Assembly (NCBI GenBank): GCA_963813725.1
Contig: CAWFAI010000010.1
Location: 97,217-161,216 of the forward strand
Source of the DNA: an uncultured Solirubrobacterales bacterium
GTDB lineage: Bacteria > Actinomycetota > Thermoleophilia > Solirubrobacterales > 70-9
DNA length: 64,000 nucleotides
Reading direction: 5' to 3'
The notes below the pieces were generated by a model. It saw only the letters and a program-made list of their open reading frames with translations. It made no database searches and was not told the origin of the DNA. Made by a program: the position numbers and the translations under genes. Positions 49,413 through 58,581 of the stretch are shown here, in pieces (within the stretch, counting starts at the first letter, position 1; each line of letters opens with the position of its first letter).

Positions 49413-50459
49413 ATGAGTGAGAGCCCCAACGGCGCCGCCCCCGGCGAACGGGTCAACGGGATCGAGGCCACCGGCCTCGCCCGCGAGTTCAAGGGCGGCG
49501 TCCGCGCCGTCGACGGCATCGACATCGAGGTCCGCCCCGGCGAGATCTACGGCTTCCTCGGCCCCAACGGCGCCGGCAAGTCCACCACGGTCCACATGCT
49601 GACCACGCTGCTGCCGCCAACCGCCGGCTCGGCGAAGGTCGCGGGCTTCGACGTGCTGACCCAGGGCGCACGCGTCCGCGACGCGATCGGCGCCGCCCTG
49701 CAGGAGGCCGCGCTCGACCCGCAGCTGAGCGCGCGCGAGCACATGCGGCTTCAGGGCGCCCTGCACGGCCTCTCCAAGGCCGAGCGCAGCAAGCGCGGGG
49801 ACGAGCTGATCGAGCGCGTCGGCCTCACCGACGCCGCCGACCGCAAGGTGGGCGGCTACTCCGGCGGCATGAAGCGCCGGCTCGACCTGGCGCTGGCGCT
49901 GCTGCACGGCCCCTCGGTCCTGTTCCTCGACGAGCCCACGACGGGGCTCGACATCCAGAGCCGAACCGCGCTCTGGGACGAGGTCGCGAGCCTCTCGCGG
50001 GACCAGGGCATGACCGTCTTCCTCACCACCCAGTACCTGGAGGAGGCCGACCAGCTGGCCGAGCGCGTCGGGATCATCGACCACGGCAGGATCGTGGCCG
50101 AGGGCACCCCGGCCGCGCTCAAGGCCGAGGTCGGGCGCCCGACGGTCGAGGCCGTCCCCGCGGACCTCGCCCAGCGCGAGCGTGCGGCCCAGGTCCTTGA
50201 CCGCTTCGGCGAGCTCGTGCCCGCCTCGCCCAACGGCGCAGCCGTGCGTCTGGATGACGGGCCCGAGACGCTGGCGGCGATCGTGCGCGCCTTCGACGAC
50301 GAGGGCCTCGTGATCGCCAACATCGACCTGCACGCCCCCAGCCTCAACGACGTCTTCCTCGCCAAGACCGGCCGCTCGCTCGAGGGCGCCGCGGCCGAGG
50401 AGGAGGCCACGGCCGAGGGCGAGTCCGCGCAGCGCGTGATCGAGGGGGCCGCGGCTTGA
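49413..50459 (+). CDS. ABC transporter ATP-binding protein (daunorubicin-resistance DrrA-like)
   Basis: ATG 49413 follows GGAAGGAG. GPNGAGKST, YSGGMKRRL and LFLDEPTTGLD are present. Confidence 0.9.
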   Translation: MSESPNGAAPGERVNGIEATGLAREFKGGVRAVDGIDIEVRPGEIYGFLGPNGAGKSTTVHMLTTLLPPTAGSAKVAGFDVLTQGARVRDAIGAALQEAALDPQLSAREHMRLQGALHGLSKAERSKRGDELIERVGLTDAADRKVGGYSGGMKRRLDLALALLHGPSVLFLDEPTTGLDIQSRTALWDEVASLSRDQGMTVFLTTQYLEEADQLAERVGIIDHGRIVAEGTPAALKAEVGRPTVEAVPADLAQRERAAQVLDRFGELVPASPNGAAVRLDDGPETLAAIVRAFDDEGLVIANIDLHAPSLNDVFLAKTGRSLEGAAAEEEATAEGESAQRVIEGAAA

Positions 50460-51277
50460 CCGCCGCCACCGTAGGCCTTCGCGCGGCGCCGAGCCGCTCG
50501 CACCCGCCGCTGCGGCTCCAGATCGGCGAGCTGGCGCGGCGCTCGATCGTGCGCGTCCTGCGCCAGCCGGCGGCGATCGTCCCCGCGACGCTGTTCCCGC
50601 TGATCCTGCTCGCGATCAACGCCGCCGGGCTCGACTCGGCGACCGACCTGCCGGGCTTCCCCACCGACTCCTACATCACCTTCGCGCTGGCCTTCGCCTT
50701 CCTGCAGGCGGGCGTGTTCGCAGTCATCGGCGCTGGCCAGAACCTCGCCGAGGACCGCGAGAACGGCTTCTTCAACCGCCTCCAGCTCACCCCGATCCGC
50801 CCCTCGGCCCTGCTCGCGGGGCAGCTCGCGGGCACGCTCGTGCTCGGCGTGCTGCAGGCCGTGACCTACATCGCCATCGGCCTGCTTGCCGGCGCCGAGA
50901 TCGAGGCCGGGGTCCCCGGGGTGCTGGTGATGATCGCGCTCTCGGTCGTGATCACTCTCGCCTTCGGCTCGATCGGCCTCTTCGCGGGGACGCGAGCGAA
51001 GTCGGCCGAGTCGGTGCAGGGCATCTTTCCCCTGCTGTTCGTCTTCCTCTTTCTCAGCTCGATGAGCCTGCCCCGGGACCTGATCCAGACCGACTGGTTC
51101 CAGACCGTCGCGACCTACAACCCGATCAGCTACATGATCGAGGGCATCCGCAGCCTGCTGATCGTGGGCTGGGACCCCGAGGCGCTGGCGCTGGGCTTCG
51201 GCTGCGCGCTCGCGATCCTCGTCGCCGGGCTCGTCGCCGCATCCTTCTCCCTGCGCTCGCGGCTGGAGCGGACGTGA
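50456..51277 (+). CDS. ABC-2 type transporter permease
   Basis: 273 aa with 6 helices. 4-nt overlaps with both neighbours. Confidence 0.8.
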   Translation: MTAATVGLRAAPSRSHPPLRLQIGELARRSIVRVLRQPAAIVPATLFPLILLAINAAGLDSATDLPGFPTDSYITFALAFAFLQAGVFAVIGAGQNLAEDRENGFFNRLQLTPIRPSALLAGQLAGTLVLGVLQAVTYIAIGLLAGAEIEAGVPGVLVMIALSVVITLAFGSIGLFAGTRAKSAESVQGIFPLLFVFLFLSSMSLPRDLIQTDWFQTVATYNPISYMIEGIRSLLIVGWDPEALALGFGCALAILVAGLVAASFSLRSRLERT

Positions 51278-52050
51278 TGGTGCGCCGCTACATCTCGGTC
51301 GCCCAGGGCCTGAGCCGGCGCCTGCTGCGCAAGCTGTTCGCCAACCCGGCGCTGTTCCTGCCGCCGATGCTGATGCCGATCTTCTTCTTCGTCGCCTTCG
51401 CCGGCGGCCTCTCGGCGATCTCCGAGGCGCCCGGATTCGACTACCCGGGTGGATACACGGCCTTCGTGTTCGGCTTCGTCCTGCTCCAGACCGCCGCTTT
51501 CAGCGGCGTCTTCACCGGCTTCTCGATCGCCGCCGACTTCCAGATGGGCTTCGGGCGGCGGCTGATGCTGGCCACCCCCAACCGCAGCGCGCTGATCGCC
51601 GGCTACGGCGTGGTCGCGCTGACCCGCGCGCTGATCACCTTCGGCGTCGTCACCGCGATCGCGGTGATCGCCGGCATGGACATCGGCGGCGGCCCCGCGG
51701 AGCTGGCCGCGATGTACGGGCTGGCGGCGATCGTCAACGTCGCCGGGGTCCTGTTCGCCGCCGGGGTGGCGCTGCGCTTCCGCAGCCTGCAGGCGACGCC
51801 GCTGATGCAGGTGCCGGTCTTCCTCTTCCTCTTCCTCGCGCCCGTCTATGTGCCGCGCGAGCTGCTCACCGGCTGGGTCGAGGCCGTCTCCGGCTTCGAC
51901 CCCGCCACCCACATCATGGAGACGGGCCGCGAGCTGCTCGCCGGCCAGCCCGCCGACGTGCTCGGCGCGCTCGCGATCGCCGCCGGGCTGGTCGCGGCGA
52001 TGCTCGTGTTCGCGATCCGCGGCCTGCGCAAGGCCGAGACGGCCGGATAG
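51274..52050 (+). CDS. ABC-2 type transporter permease (second subunit)
   Basis: 258 aa with 6 helices. 4-nt overlap with the upstream gene. Confidence 0.8.
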   Translation: MMVRRYISVAQGLSRRLLRKLFANPALFLPPMLMPIFFFVAFAGGLSAISEAPGFDYPGGYTAFVFGFVLLQTAAFSGVFTGFSIAADFQMGFGRRLMLATPNRSALIAGYGVVALTRALITFGVVTAIAVIAGMDIGGGPAELAAMYGLAAIVNVAGVLFAAGVALRFRSLQATPLMQVPVFLFLFLAPVYVPRELLTGWVEAVSGFDPATHIMETGRELLAGQPADVLGALAIAAGLVAAMLVFAIRGLRKAETAG

Positions 52051-52128
52051 GGAGGCCCCGCGGATAGACCCCCAGCGCATCGTCGACCTGATCGCGCTGC
52101 AGATTTACCTCGAGAGCAAGGAAAAGGG

Positions 52129-52548
52129 CTAGCCGAGCTCGGAGCGCCGGCGGGCGACCGCCGCGTCGGCGCGCCGACGGGCGCCGATGCTGACCGGCTT
52201 GCCGAGCAGCGCTGCGGTGGCCCGGCGACCCAGCGGTAGCCGCGGTCGGCGGCGCCGGGGAAGCGCTCGGCGAGGTCCGCCAGGCGCTCGCCCCGCGGCA
52301 GCATCCGCAGCAGCGGCGCGATCGCAGCCGCCGCCCGAGCGCAGCTCGCCGTCGGGCGTCGCCAGATGCCAGGAGGCGAGCCGCTCCTCCTCGGGCATCC
52401 CCGCCAGCAGCCTCTCGCCCTCGGGGCTCTGGATCGGCTCGGGGCGCACGCGCCCGCGCCTGTCCCACGCCAGCAGCTTCGCCAGCGCCCAGCGGCAGAA
52501 GCCGCAGTCCTCGTCGTAGAGCACGGTCGCCCGCTGCACCTCGGCCAT
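52129..52548 (-). pseudogene. Thiol-disulfide oxidoreductase DCC family (DUF393), two compensating frame disruptions
   Basis: ATG 52548 gives MAEVQRATVLYDEDCGFCRWA.. The frame leaves near 52330 into the ORF 51846..52304 frame (AAIAPLLRMLPRGERLADLAERFPGAADRGYRWVA). It returns at the run 52221-52223 to ..ATAALLGKPVSIG..SELG with stop at 52129. The net change is zero, since 420 nt is a multiple of 3. Confidence 0.7.
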
Positions 52549-52576
52549 CGCGGGACCCAGGGTAGGCTGACGGGCG

Positions 52577-53495
52577 ATGACCCTGTGGGAGGAGATCGTC
52601 GACGCGCTCAACGCGATCAACGGCTCGCACCCCGGTTTCCGCGCGGTTCACGCCAAGGGCATCGTCTGCGAGGGCACCTTCACCGCCACCCCCGAGGCCG
52701 CGAAGCTCTCGCGCGCGGCCCACCTGCAGGGCGAGCCGGTGAAGACCACCGTCCGCTTCTCCAACGCCAGCGGCAACCCCAAGACCTCCGACGCCAACCC
52801 GCTCGCGGGCCGCGGCCTGGCGGTGAAGTTCCACCTGCCCGACGGCGACGCGACCGACCAGGCGACTGTGCCGCTGCCCGTGTTCATGGTCCGCGACGCC
52901 GAGGACTTCCTCGCCTTCACGAAGGCGAGGATCCCCGACCCCGAGACCGGCCAGCCCGACCCCGACAAGGTGATGGCCTTCATCGGCGAGCACCCCGAGA
53001 CCGCCAACGCGCTGCAGCTGGGCCTGCCCAAGATCGCGCCCACGACCAGCTTCGCGACCTCGGGCTACAACTCGCTGCACGCCTTCGGCCTGGTCGACGC
53101 CGAGGGCGAGGAGCACTGGGGCCGCTTCCACTGGCACCCGGCTGGAGGGCGAGCACTACCTCAGCGACTCAGAGCGAGAGGCCGCCGACCGCGACTACCT
53201 CCGGCACGAGATCCGCGAGCGGCTGGAGTCAGGCGGTACGGCCGAGTTCAGGCTCGACTTCGTGCTCGCCGCCGAGGGCGATTCGCTCACCGACCCGACC
53301 CAGGAGTGGAAGGGCGAGCACGAGGTGGTCACGCTCGGGACCCTGACGGTCACCGGCGTGATCGAGGAGCCCGGCGACGGGCCGCTCGTCTTTGACCCCA
53401 ACAACCTCACCGACGGCATCGTCCCCTCGGACGACAAGGTCCTCGCCGCCCGCTCGCCGGCCTACTCGGTCTCGATCGACCGCCGGATGGCGTAG
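52577..53495 (+). pseudogene. Catalase-related (haem) peroxidase family protein, frameshifted
   Basis: GFRAVHAKGIVCEGTF and VRFSNASG blocks are present. The frame changes near 53141 (..RFHWHP / LEGEHYLSDSEREAADRDYLRHEI..) and joins ORF 53262..53495. (919-1) nt is a multiple of 3. Confidence 0.8.
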
Positions 53496-53499
53496 GGGC

Positions 53500-53964
53500 T
53501 CAGAACTCGGCTCTCGGGTCGGCGAGCTCGATCCGGAAGATGGGGTGCTGCGGGGCGATGCGCTGGATGTCGGCGTCGGACGGGTCCTTCTCCACGTCGA
53601 AGAAGGCGCCCACCTCCCAGGCCCATTTGTCGAGGTAGGTCTTCAGGATCGGAAGCTTGTCGGGATCGGCGACCTCCTCGCCGTGGAAGCGCGTCGTCCG
53701 CCGGCCGTGGTGCAGCTCGCCCTCGCCGGCCACTCTCAGGTTGCGGACCCACTGCGTGTTGCCGCGCGGGGCGACGAGATAGGTGACGCCGTCGAGCTCC
53801 AGCGGGTTGACGGGCACCGTGTGCGGCTCGCCGGACTTGCGGCCGCGGACGGTGAGCCGCCGGGACCCCGCGAGGCTGATCCCCAGCCGGCTGGCCAGCT
53901 CGACCATCCGGTTGAAGACGTTCTTGGTGAACCATCCCGGCCGCTTGTAGGTGGCCTCGGTCAT
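53500..53964 (-). CDS. Deazaflavin (F420)-dependent nitroreductase family protein (DDN/DUF385)
   Basis: 154 aa. LTVRGRKSGEPHTVPV...YLVAPRGNTQWVRNL matches the DDN-family core. Confidence 0.8.
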   Translation of the reverse strand: MTEATYKRPGWFTKNVFNRMVELASRLGISLAGSRRLTVRGRKSGEPHTVPVNPLELDGVTYLVAPRGNTQWVRNLRVAGEGELHHGRRTTRFHGEEVADPDKLPILKTYLDKWAWEVGAFFDVEKDPSDADIQRIAPQHPIFRIELADPRAEF

Positions 53965-54002
53965 CCACCTCCCAGACTACCCCGGGTGTAGCGTCAGGAG
54001 CG

Positions 54003-55413
54003 GTGCTGTTTCGCCAGATCGTCAACGAGGACCTCGGCTGCGCGTCGTATCTGATCGGCGACCCCGATGAGGGCGTGGCCGCCGTGATCGACCCGCAGTG
54101 GGACGTCGAGCCCTACCTGCACCTGAGCCGGCTCCACGGGGTCCGCATCGAGCACATCCTCGAGACCCACAACCACGCCGACCACGTCAGCGGCCACGGG
54201 CGGCTCGCTCGCGCCACCGGCGCCACCATCCACGTCAGCGAGCTGGCGGGCGCGGAGTACCCGCACGAGGGCGTTCGGCGACGGCTGGAAGCTGGGGCTC
54301 GGCTCGGTCGAGATCGAGGCCGTGCACACGCCGGGCCACCGGCCGGAGCACACCTCGTTCCTGCTGCGCGACGAGGGGCGCAGCGCCGAGCCCTGGGCGC
54401 TGATCTCCGGCGACTCGCTGTTCGTCGGCGACGTCGCCCGTCCCGACCTGGCGGTCGAGCCGCGCGAGGGAGCCGCGCAGATATACCGCTCGCTGCACCA
54501 GCGGCTGCTGGCCCTGGGCGACGAGGTCGAGGTGTGGCCCGGGCACCTGGGCGGATCGCTCTGCGGCAGCCAGGGGCTGGACCACAAGGCCTCCTCCACG
54601 ATCGGGTTCGAGCGCGCCCACAACCGGGCCCTCGGCTTCGATGACGAGGATGAGTTCGTCGAGGACGCGGTCGCCTCGATCGGCAGCAGGCCGCCCAACG
54701 TCGAGCGCATCGTCGAGCTCAACCGCGGTCCGCTGCTGGAGCAGCTCGGCAACCCCGCCCCGCTCAGCCCCCGCGCGGTCGAGGTCGCGATCGCCGACGG
54801 CGCCCTCCTGATCGACGCCCGCACCAACGAGCAGTTCGACGAGGCCCACGTCCCGGGCGCGCTCAGCGCCTCGGCATACGAGACCGGTTTCGCGACCAAG
54901 GTCGGCCGGGTGGTCCCCCCCGAACGCGAGCTGATCGTGGTCGCGGCCTCCGACGGCTACGAGCTGGACGCCGCCGAGCAGCTCGCCTCGGTTGGACTGC
55001 CGGTGCGTGGCTACCTGCACGGCGGCATGACCGCGTGGCGCTCGGAGGGCCGGCCCGTGGCGCGAGTCGAGACGATCGACCCCGCCGGGCTGGCCCAGCG
55101 CCTGGGCGGGGGCGAGCCCTCGAACCCTGCAGGCGAGAGCATCGTCGTGCTCGACGTGCGCGACGACGACGAGTACGAGCGGGCCCACATCCCGGGCTCG
55201 GTCCACATCCCCTTCGGCGAGCTGCCCGAGCGCAGCGGCGAGCTGCCGCGCGACCGCACGATCGCCGCGGTCTGCAGCGGCGGCAAGCGCAGCGGCCTGG
55301 CCGCGTCGCTGCTGCAGCGCGAGGGCTTCGAGCGGGTCCTGCATGTCGCCGACGGCGGCGTCGGCACCTGGCAGCGCCAAGGCCACCCGGTCGAGGCCGG
55401 AAGCTCCGGCTAG
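54003..55413 (+). pseudogene. Persulfide dioxygenase (MBL fold) fused to two rhodanese domains (CstB-like), frameshifted
   Basis: HNHADH lies in the N-terminal fragment. The frame changes near 54269-54273 (..AEYPHE / AFGDGWKLGLGSVEIEAVHTPGHRPEH..). The first rhodanese lacks the active Cys. The second has the CSGGKRS loop. (1411-1) nt is a multiple of 3. Confidence 0.85.
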
Positions 55414-55560
55414 CCGGGGGCGGCTCGGGTTTGCGGCCTCCCCGGGCGGGGCACTCACCAGTCGAGGCGGTGCTTTCAGCGATACTGGCGATCCTGCTGT
55501 GCCCGCTCGTCCTGCTGGACGTCAACCTACGGATCAAATAGCAAGGAAGGCTGGAGAACC

Positions 55561-55944
55561 ATGGAGATCATCCTGATCATCGTCGGAGTGCTGATCATCG
55601 CCTACCTGCTCTATCTGGGCAACCGCAGGCGTCAGGTGAAGGAAGCCGAGCGCCGCGAAGCGCTGGGTGCCCAGGCCGAGGGCCATCGTTCGATCGCGAG
55701 CGAGCACGACCGCAAGGCCAGTGAGCTGGCCGACAAGGCGGAGCGCGAGCGCGAGAGCGCCGACCTTCACCAAGAGCGCGCTGCCGAGGTCGACCCCGCC
55801 GTGGACGCGGACGACCGGGTCGATCGTGATGACGTCGACCGCGACCGGGTCGATCGCGACGCGGTCGTGGATCGCGACGATTCAGTCGCCCGCGACGATT
55901 CAGTCGCCCGCGAGGACGTCGACACAGAGCGCGACAGGCGCTAG
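55561..55944 (+). CDS. Small membrane-anchored protein with acidic Asp/Arg repeat tail (hypothetical)
   Basis: 127 aa. N-terminal helix MEIILIIVGVLIIAYLLYL, followed by a charged tail with DRDDVDRDRVDRDAVVDRDDSVARDDSVARED. Confidence 0.5.
   Translation: MEIILIIVGVLIIAYLLYLGNRRRQVKEAERREALGAQAEGHRSIASEHDRKASELADKAERERESADLHQERAAEVDPAVDADDRVDRDDVDRDRVDRDAVVDRDDSVARDDSVAREDVDTERDRR
55873..55908 (+). repeat. Perfect 18-nt tandem duplication cgcgacgattcagtcgcc x2 (RDDSVA-RDDSVA)
   Basis: Read directly at 55873-55890 and 55891-55908. It is in frame within the acidic tail. Confidence 0.95.
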
Positions 55945-56008
55945 GCCGCAGCGACTGAACGACTCGGCCCCGGGGCCTCGCTCCGGCGGCTCGCTCTAGG
56001 CTCAGGCC

Positions 56009-57532
56009 GTGAGCGCGATCGAGGACCTGCGGGCGCGACTGGGCGAGATCGGCGACCTCAGCCGCGCCGCCGCGCTGCTGGCCTGGGACGAGCGCACGAT
56101 GATGCCTCCGGCCGGCGGCGAGGCGCGCTCCGAGCAGCTCGCGACGCTGGCCAAGGTCCGCCACGAGATGTTCTGCGAGGACGAGGTCGGGCGGCTGCTG
56201 GAGGCGGCGGGCAGCGAGGCCGGAGGCCCAGATGGGGGCGAGGATCCCGCGCCGGGCGGCGAATCCCGGCAGAGCATCGACGCCGACCTGGTCCGCGTCG
56301 TCAGCCGCGACTGGGAGAAGGCCCGCCGCGTCCCCTCCGAGCTGCGCGCCGAGCTGGCCCGCGCGGGGTCGGCGGGCGAGCAGGCGTGGGTCGAGGCGAA
56401 GGCCGCCTCGGACTACTCGCTGCTGCTCCCGCACCTGCAGCGCAACGTCGAGCTGACCCGGCGCTACGCCGACTGCTTCGACGGCTTCCCCGGGTTCAGC
56501 CACCCCTACGACCCGCTGCTGGACGAGTACGAGCCCGAGATGAGCACGGAGCGGATGCGCTCACTGCTGGGCGAGCTGCGCGAGGGACTGGTGCCGATCG
56601 TGGCGGACGCGGATGGCGGCGGCGAGGACCTGCTCCAGGGCGAGTTCCCCGAGAGCGCCCAGCGCGAGCTGATCGCCGAGATGGTCGGCGAGATGCCGTT
56701 TCCCGAGGGCGGCTGGCGCATCGACCCGACCGACCACCCGTTCGCGATCACGATCGGGCGCGGCGACGTGCGCCTCACCACCCGCTACGACGCCGGCAAC
56801 CTGGGGATGGCGCTGTTCAGCGCCATGCACGAGGCCGGACACGGCCTGTATGAGGCGAACCAGGACCCGGCGCTCGCCCGCACGCCGCTCGAGAAGCCCC
56901 GATCGCTGGGCCTGCACGAGTCCCAGAGCCGGCTGTGGGAGAACTGGGTCGCGCGCGGGCGCCCCTATCTCACGCACCTGCTGCCGAAGCTGCGGGAGCG
57001 CTTCCCCGACCAGCTGGATGGCGTCGACCTGAACGCGTTGGTGCGCTCGTCGAACCGCGTCGAGCGCTCGCTGATCCGCATCGAGGCCGACGAGGTGACC
57101 TACAACCTCCACATCCTGATCCGCTTCGAGCTCGAGCTGGAGATCTTCGACGGCGAGCTGGAGCTGGAGGACCTGCCCGAGGCCTGGAACGCGCGCTATC
57201 GCGACTATCTCGGCCTCGAGGTCCCCGACGACGCCCGCGGCGTGCTCCAGGACGTGCACTGGTCGGGCGGGGCCTTCGGCTACTTCCCCACCTACAGCCT
57301 CGGCAACGTGATCGCCGGCCAGCTGTGGCGGGCGGCGGCCGCGGACATGCCCGACCTGGAGGAGCGGATCGCCGCCGGCGAGCTGGCCCCGCTGGGCGAG
57401 TGGCTGCGCGAACGCGTGCACCGCCACGGCCGCCGGCTCTCGCCGGCGCAGATCATGGAGCGGGCGGGGTGCGGCGAGCTCTCAGTCCAGCCGCTGCTGG
57501 ACCATCTGCAGGCCCGGGCCGGCGACGGCTAG
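56009..57532 (+). CDS. Carboxypeptidase M32 (Taq-type metallocarboxypeptidase)
   Basis: 507 aa with GTG start. HEAGHGLYE zinc motif, DVHWSGGAFGYFPTYSLGN block. Confidence 0.9.
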   Translation: MSAIEDLRARLGEIGDLSRAAALLAWDERTMMPPAGGEARSEQLATLAKVRHEMFCEDEVGRLLEAAGSEAGGPDGGEDPAPGGESRQSIDADLVRVVSRDWEKARRVPSELRAELARAGSAGEQAWVEAKAASDYSLLLPHLQRNVELTRRYADCFDGFPGFSHPYDPLLDEYEPEMSTERMRSLLGELREGLVPIVADADGGGEDLLQGEFPESAQRELIAEMVGEMPFPEGGWRIDPTDHPFAITIGRGDVRLTTRYDAGNLGMALFSAMHEAGHGLYEANQDPALARTPLEKPRSLGLHESQSRLWENWVARGRPYLTHLLPKLRERFPDQLDGVDLNALVRSSNRVERSLIRIEADEVTYNLHILIRFELELEIFDGELELEDLPEAWNARYRDYLGLEVPDDARGVLQDVHWSGGAFGYFPTYSLGNVIAGQLWRAAAADMPDLEERIAAGELAPLGEWLRERVHRHGRRLSPAQIMERAGCGELSVQPLLDHLQARAGDG

Positions 57533-57667
57533 CTGCCGCACCGTCCCGTGGCCCCCGAACTCTTGCCCGCAGTTGGGGCACGAGTTGAGCTTGGCCTTGT
57601 GCGCCTGCACGCGGCAGCTCGGGCACTCGCGCCGGCTCCGTCCCCTGTTGAACCTGATGCGTGGCAT
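57482..57667 (-). CDS. Small 4-Cys zinc-ribbon protein (hypothetical); C-terminus uncertain
   Basis: ATG 57667 lies inside tracked ORF 57482..57760. The product is MPRIRFNRGRSRRECPSCRVQAHKAKLNSCPNCGQEFGG.., with good GC3. As read, it overlaps the carboxypeptidase 3' end by 51 nt. A 1-nt change in the C5 run 57551-57555 would end it at the gctagc shared with the carboxypeptidase stop. Confidence 0.45.
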   Translation of the reverse strand: MPRIRFNRGRSRRECPSCRVQAHKAKLNSCPNCGQEFGGHGTVRQLAVAGPGLQMVQQRLD

Positions 57668-57758
57668 CCCCAAAGGTTCGGGGACCTGCGCAATTTGCGA
57701 ATCCGTAGTTTCCCGCAAACCTGGATTCACCCAAAAACTAGTATTCGGCGGCCTGAGC

Positions 57759-58247
57759 ATGCCGACCGGTCCGAAAATCGAGCGTCACGCGACCGTCATC
57801 CGCATCGGCCTGGTCTACCTGGCCGCGATCATCGGACTGGTGGCGGTGATGATCCTGATCTCGCCGCGCGGCTTCTACGACGACTTCCCCGTCGGGCCCT
57901 CGGCCTGGGTCTCGGTGCTGCCGCCGTATAACGAGCACCTGCTGCGCGACTTCGGCTCGGCCGGCCTGGGCCTGGCCGTGCTGGCGGGCCTCGCGGCGTG
58001 GTGGATGGACCGCCGCCTGGTCCAGGCCGCCGCGATCGCCCTCTTCGTCGGTGGCCTCCCCCACGCGATCTACCACGGCACCACTCTCGAGCACTACTCC
58101 ACCGTTGACAACATCGTCAGCTTCGGCGGGCTGGTGCTCCAGTCCCTGCTGCCGCTGGCGATCCTCTACCTGGCGACGGGCTCGCGCCAGGATCCGGCGT
58201 CGGGCCCGGCACCGGCGCCCGCCGAACCGACCGCCGACGCCACCTAG
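57759..58247 (+). CDS. Hypothetical membrane protein (4 helices)
   Basis: ATG 57759 lies inside the tracked ORF. 162 aa. No family recognised. Confidence 0.5.
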   Translation: MPTGPKIERHATVIRIGLVYLAAIIGLVAVMILISPRGFYDDFPVGPSAWVSVLPPYNEHLLRDFGSAGLGLAVLAGLAAWWMDRRLVQAAAIALFVGGLPHAIYHGTTLEHYSTVDNIVSFGGLVLQSLLPLAILYLATGSRQDPASGPAPAPAEPTADAT

Positions 58248-58525
58248 CCGCCGGACTCCGGCAACGCCTCGCTCGCCGCGCGATCGAGCTTCAGCAGCAC
58301 GCCGCGCTCGAAGATCTCCTCCACCTGCTCTCCCGCTACGAAGCGCGCGCCCTCGGTCAGCCCGGGGTCGAGGACGAAGCCGTCGAAGATGTCCTGCTCG
58401 GGTGCCCTGCGGACCTCGGCGACCTTGCCGAGCTCCTCGCCGTCGCGGGAGTAGACGGGTGCCCCGGGCTCCAGGGCCAGGTAGGAGCTGGGCTGCCCCA
58501 GGTCCGGTTTGTCCGTGCCGGGCAT
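58244..58525 (-). CDS. PRC-barrel-like domain protein (tentative)
   Basis: 93 aa. VYSRDGEELGKVAEV...IFDGFVL resembles PRC-barrel proteins. Confidence 0.5.
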   Translation of the reverse strand: MPGTDKPDLGQPSSYLALEPGAPVYSRDGEELGKVAEVRRAPEQDIFDGFVLDPGLTEGARFVAGEQVEEIFERGVLLKLDRAASEALPESGG

Positions 58526-58581
58526 CGCGGCGCGAGGCTATCGGGCATCGCCTCCCGGTCGCGGCCTGAAAGGATCGCGGC

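Noticed and set aside
55470-55541. 23-aa hydrophobic ORF (MLSAILAILLCPLVLLDVNLRIK) upstream of the acidic-tail membrane protein
   Set aside because: About five of 23 codons end in A/T (ctt, tca, ata, cta, aaa), which is atypical for this genome. The putative GAGG is only about 2 nt from the GTG. It may just be the open tail of an off-frame ORF. Not excluded, but unsupported.
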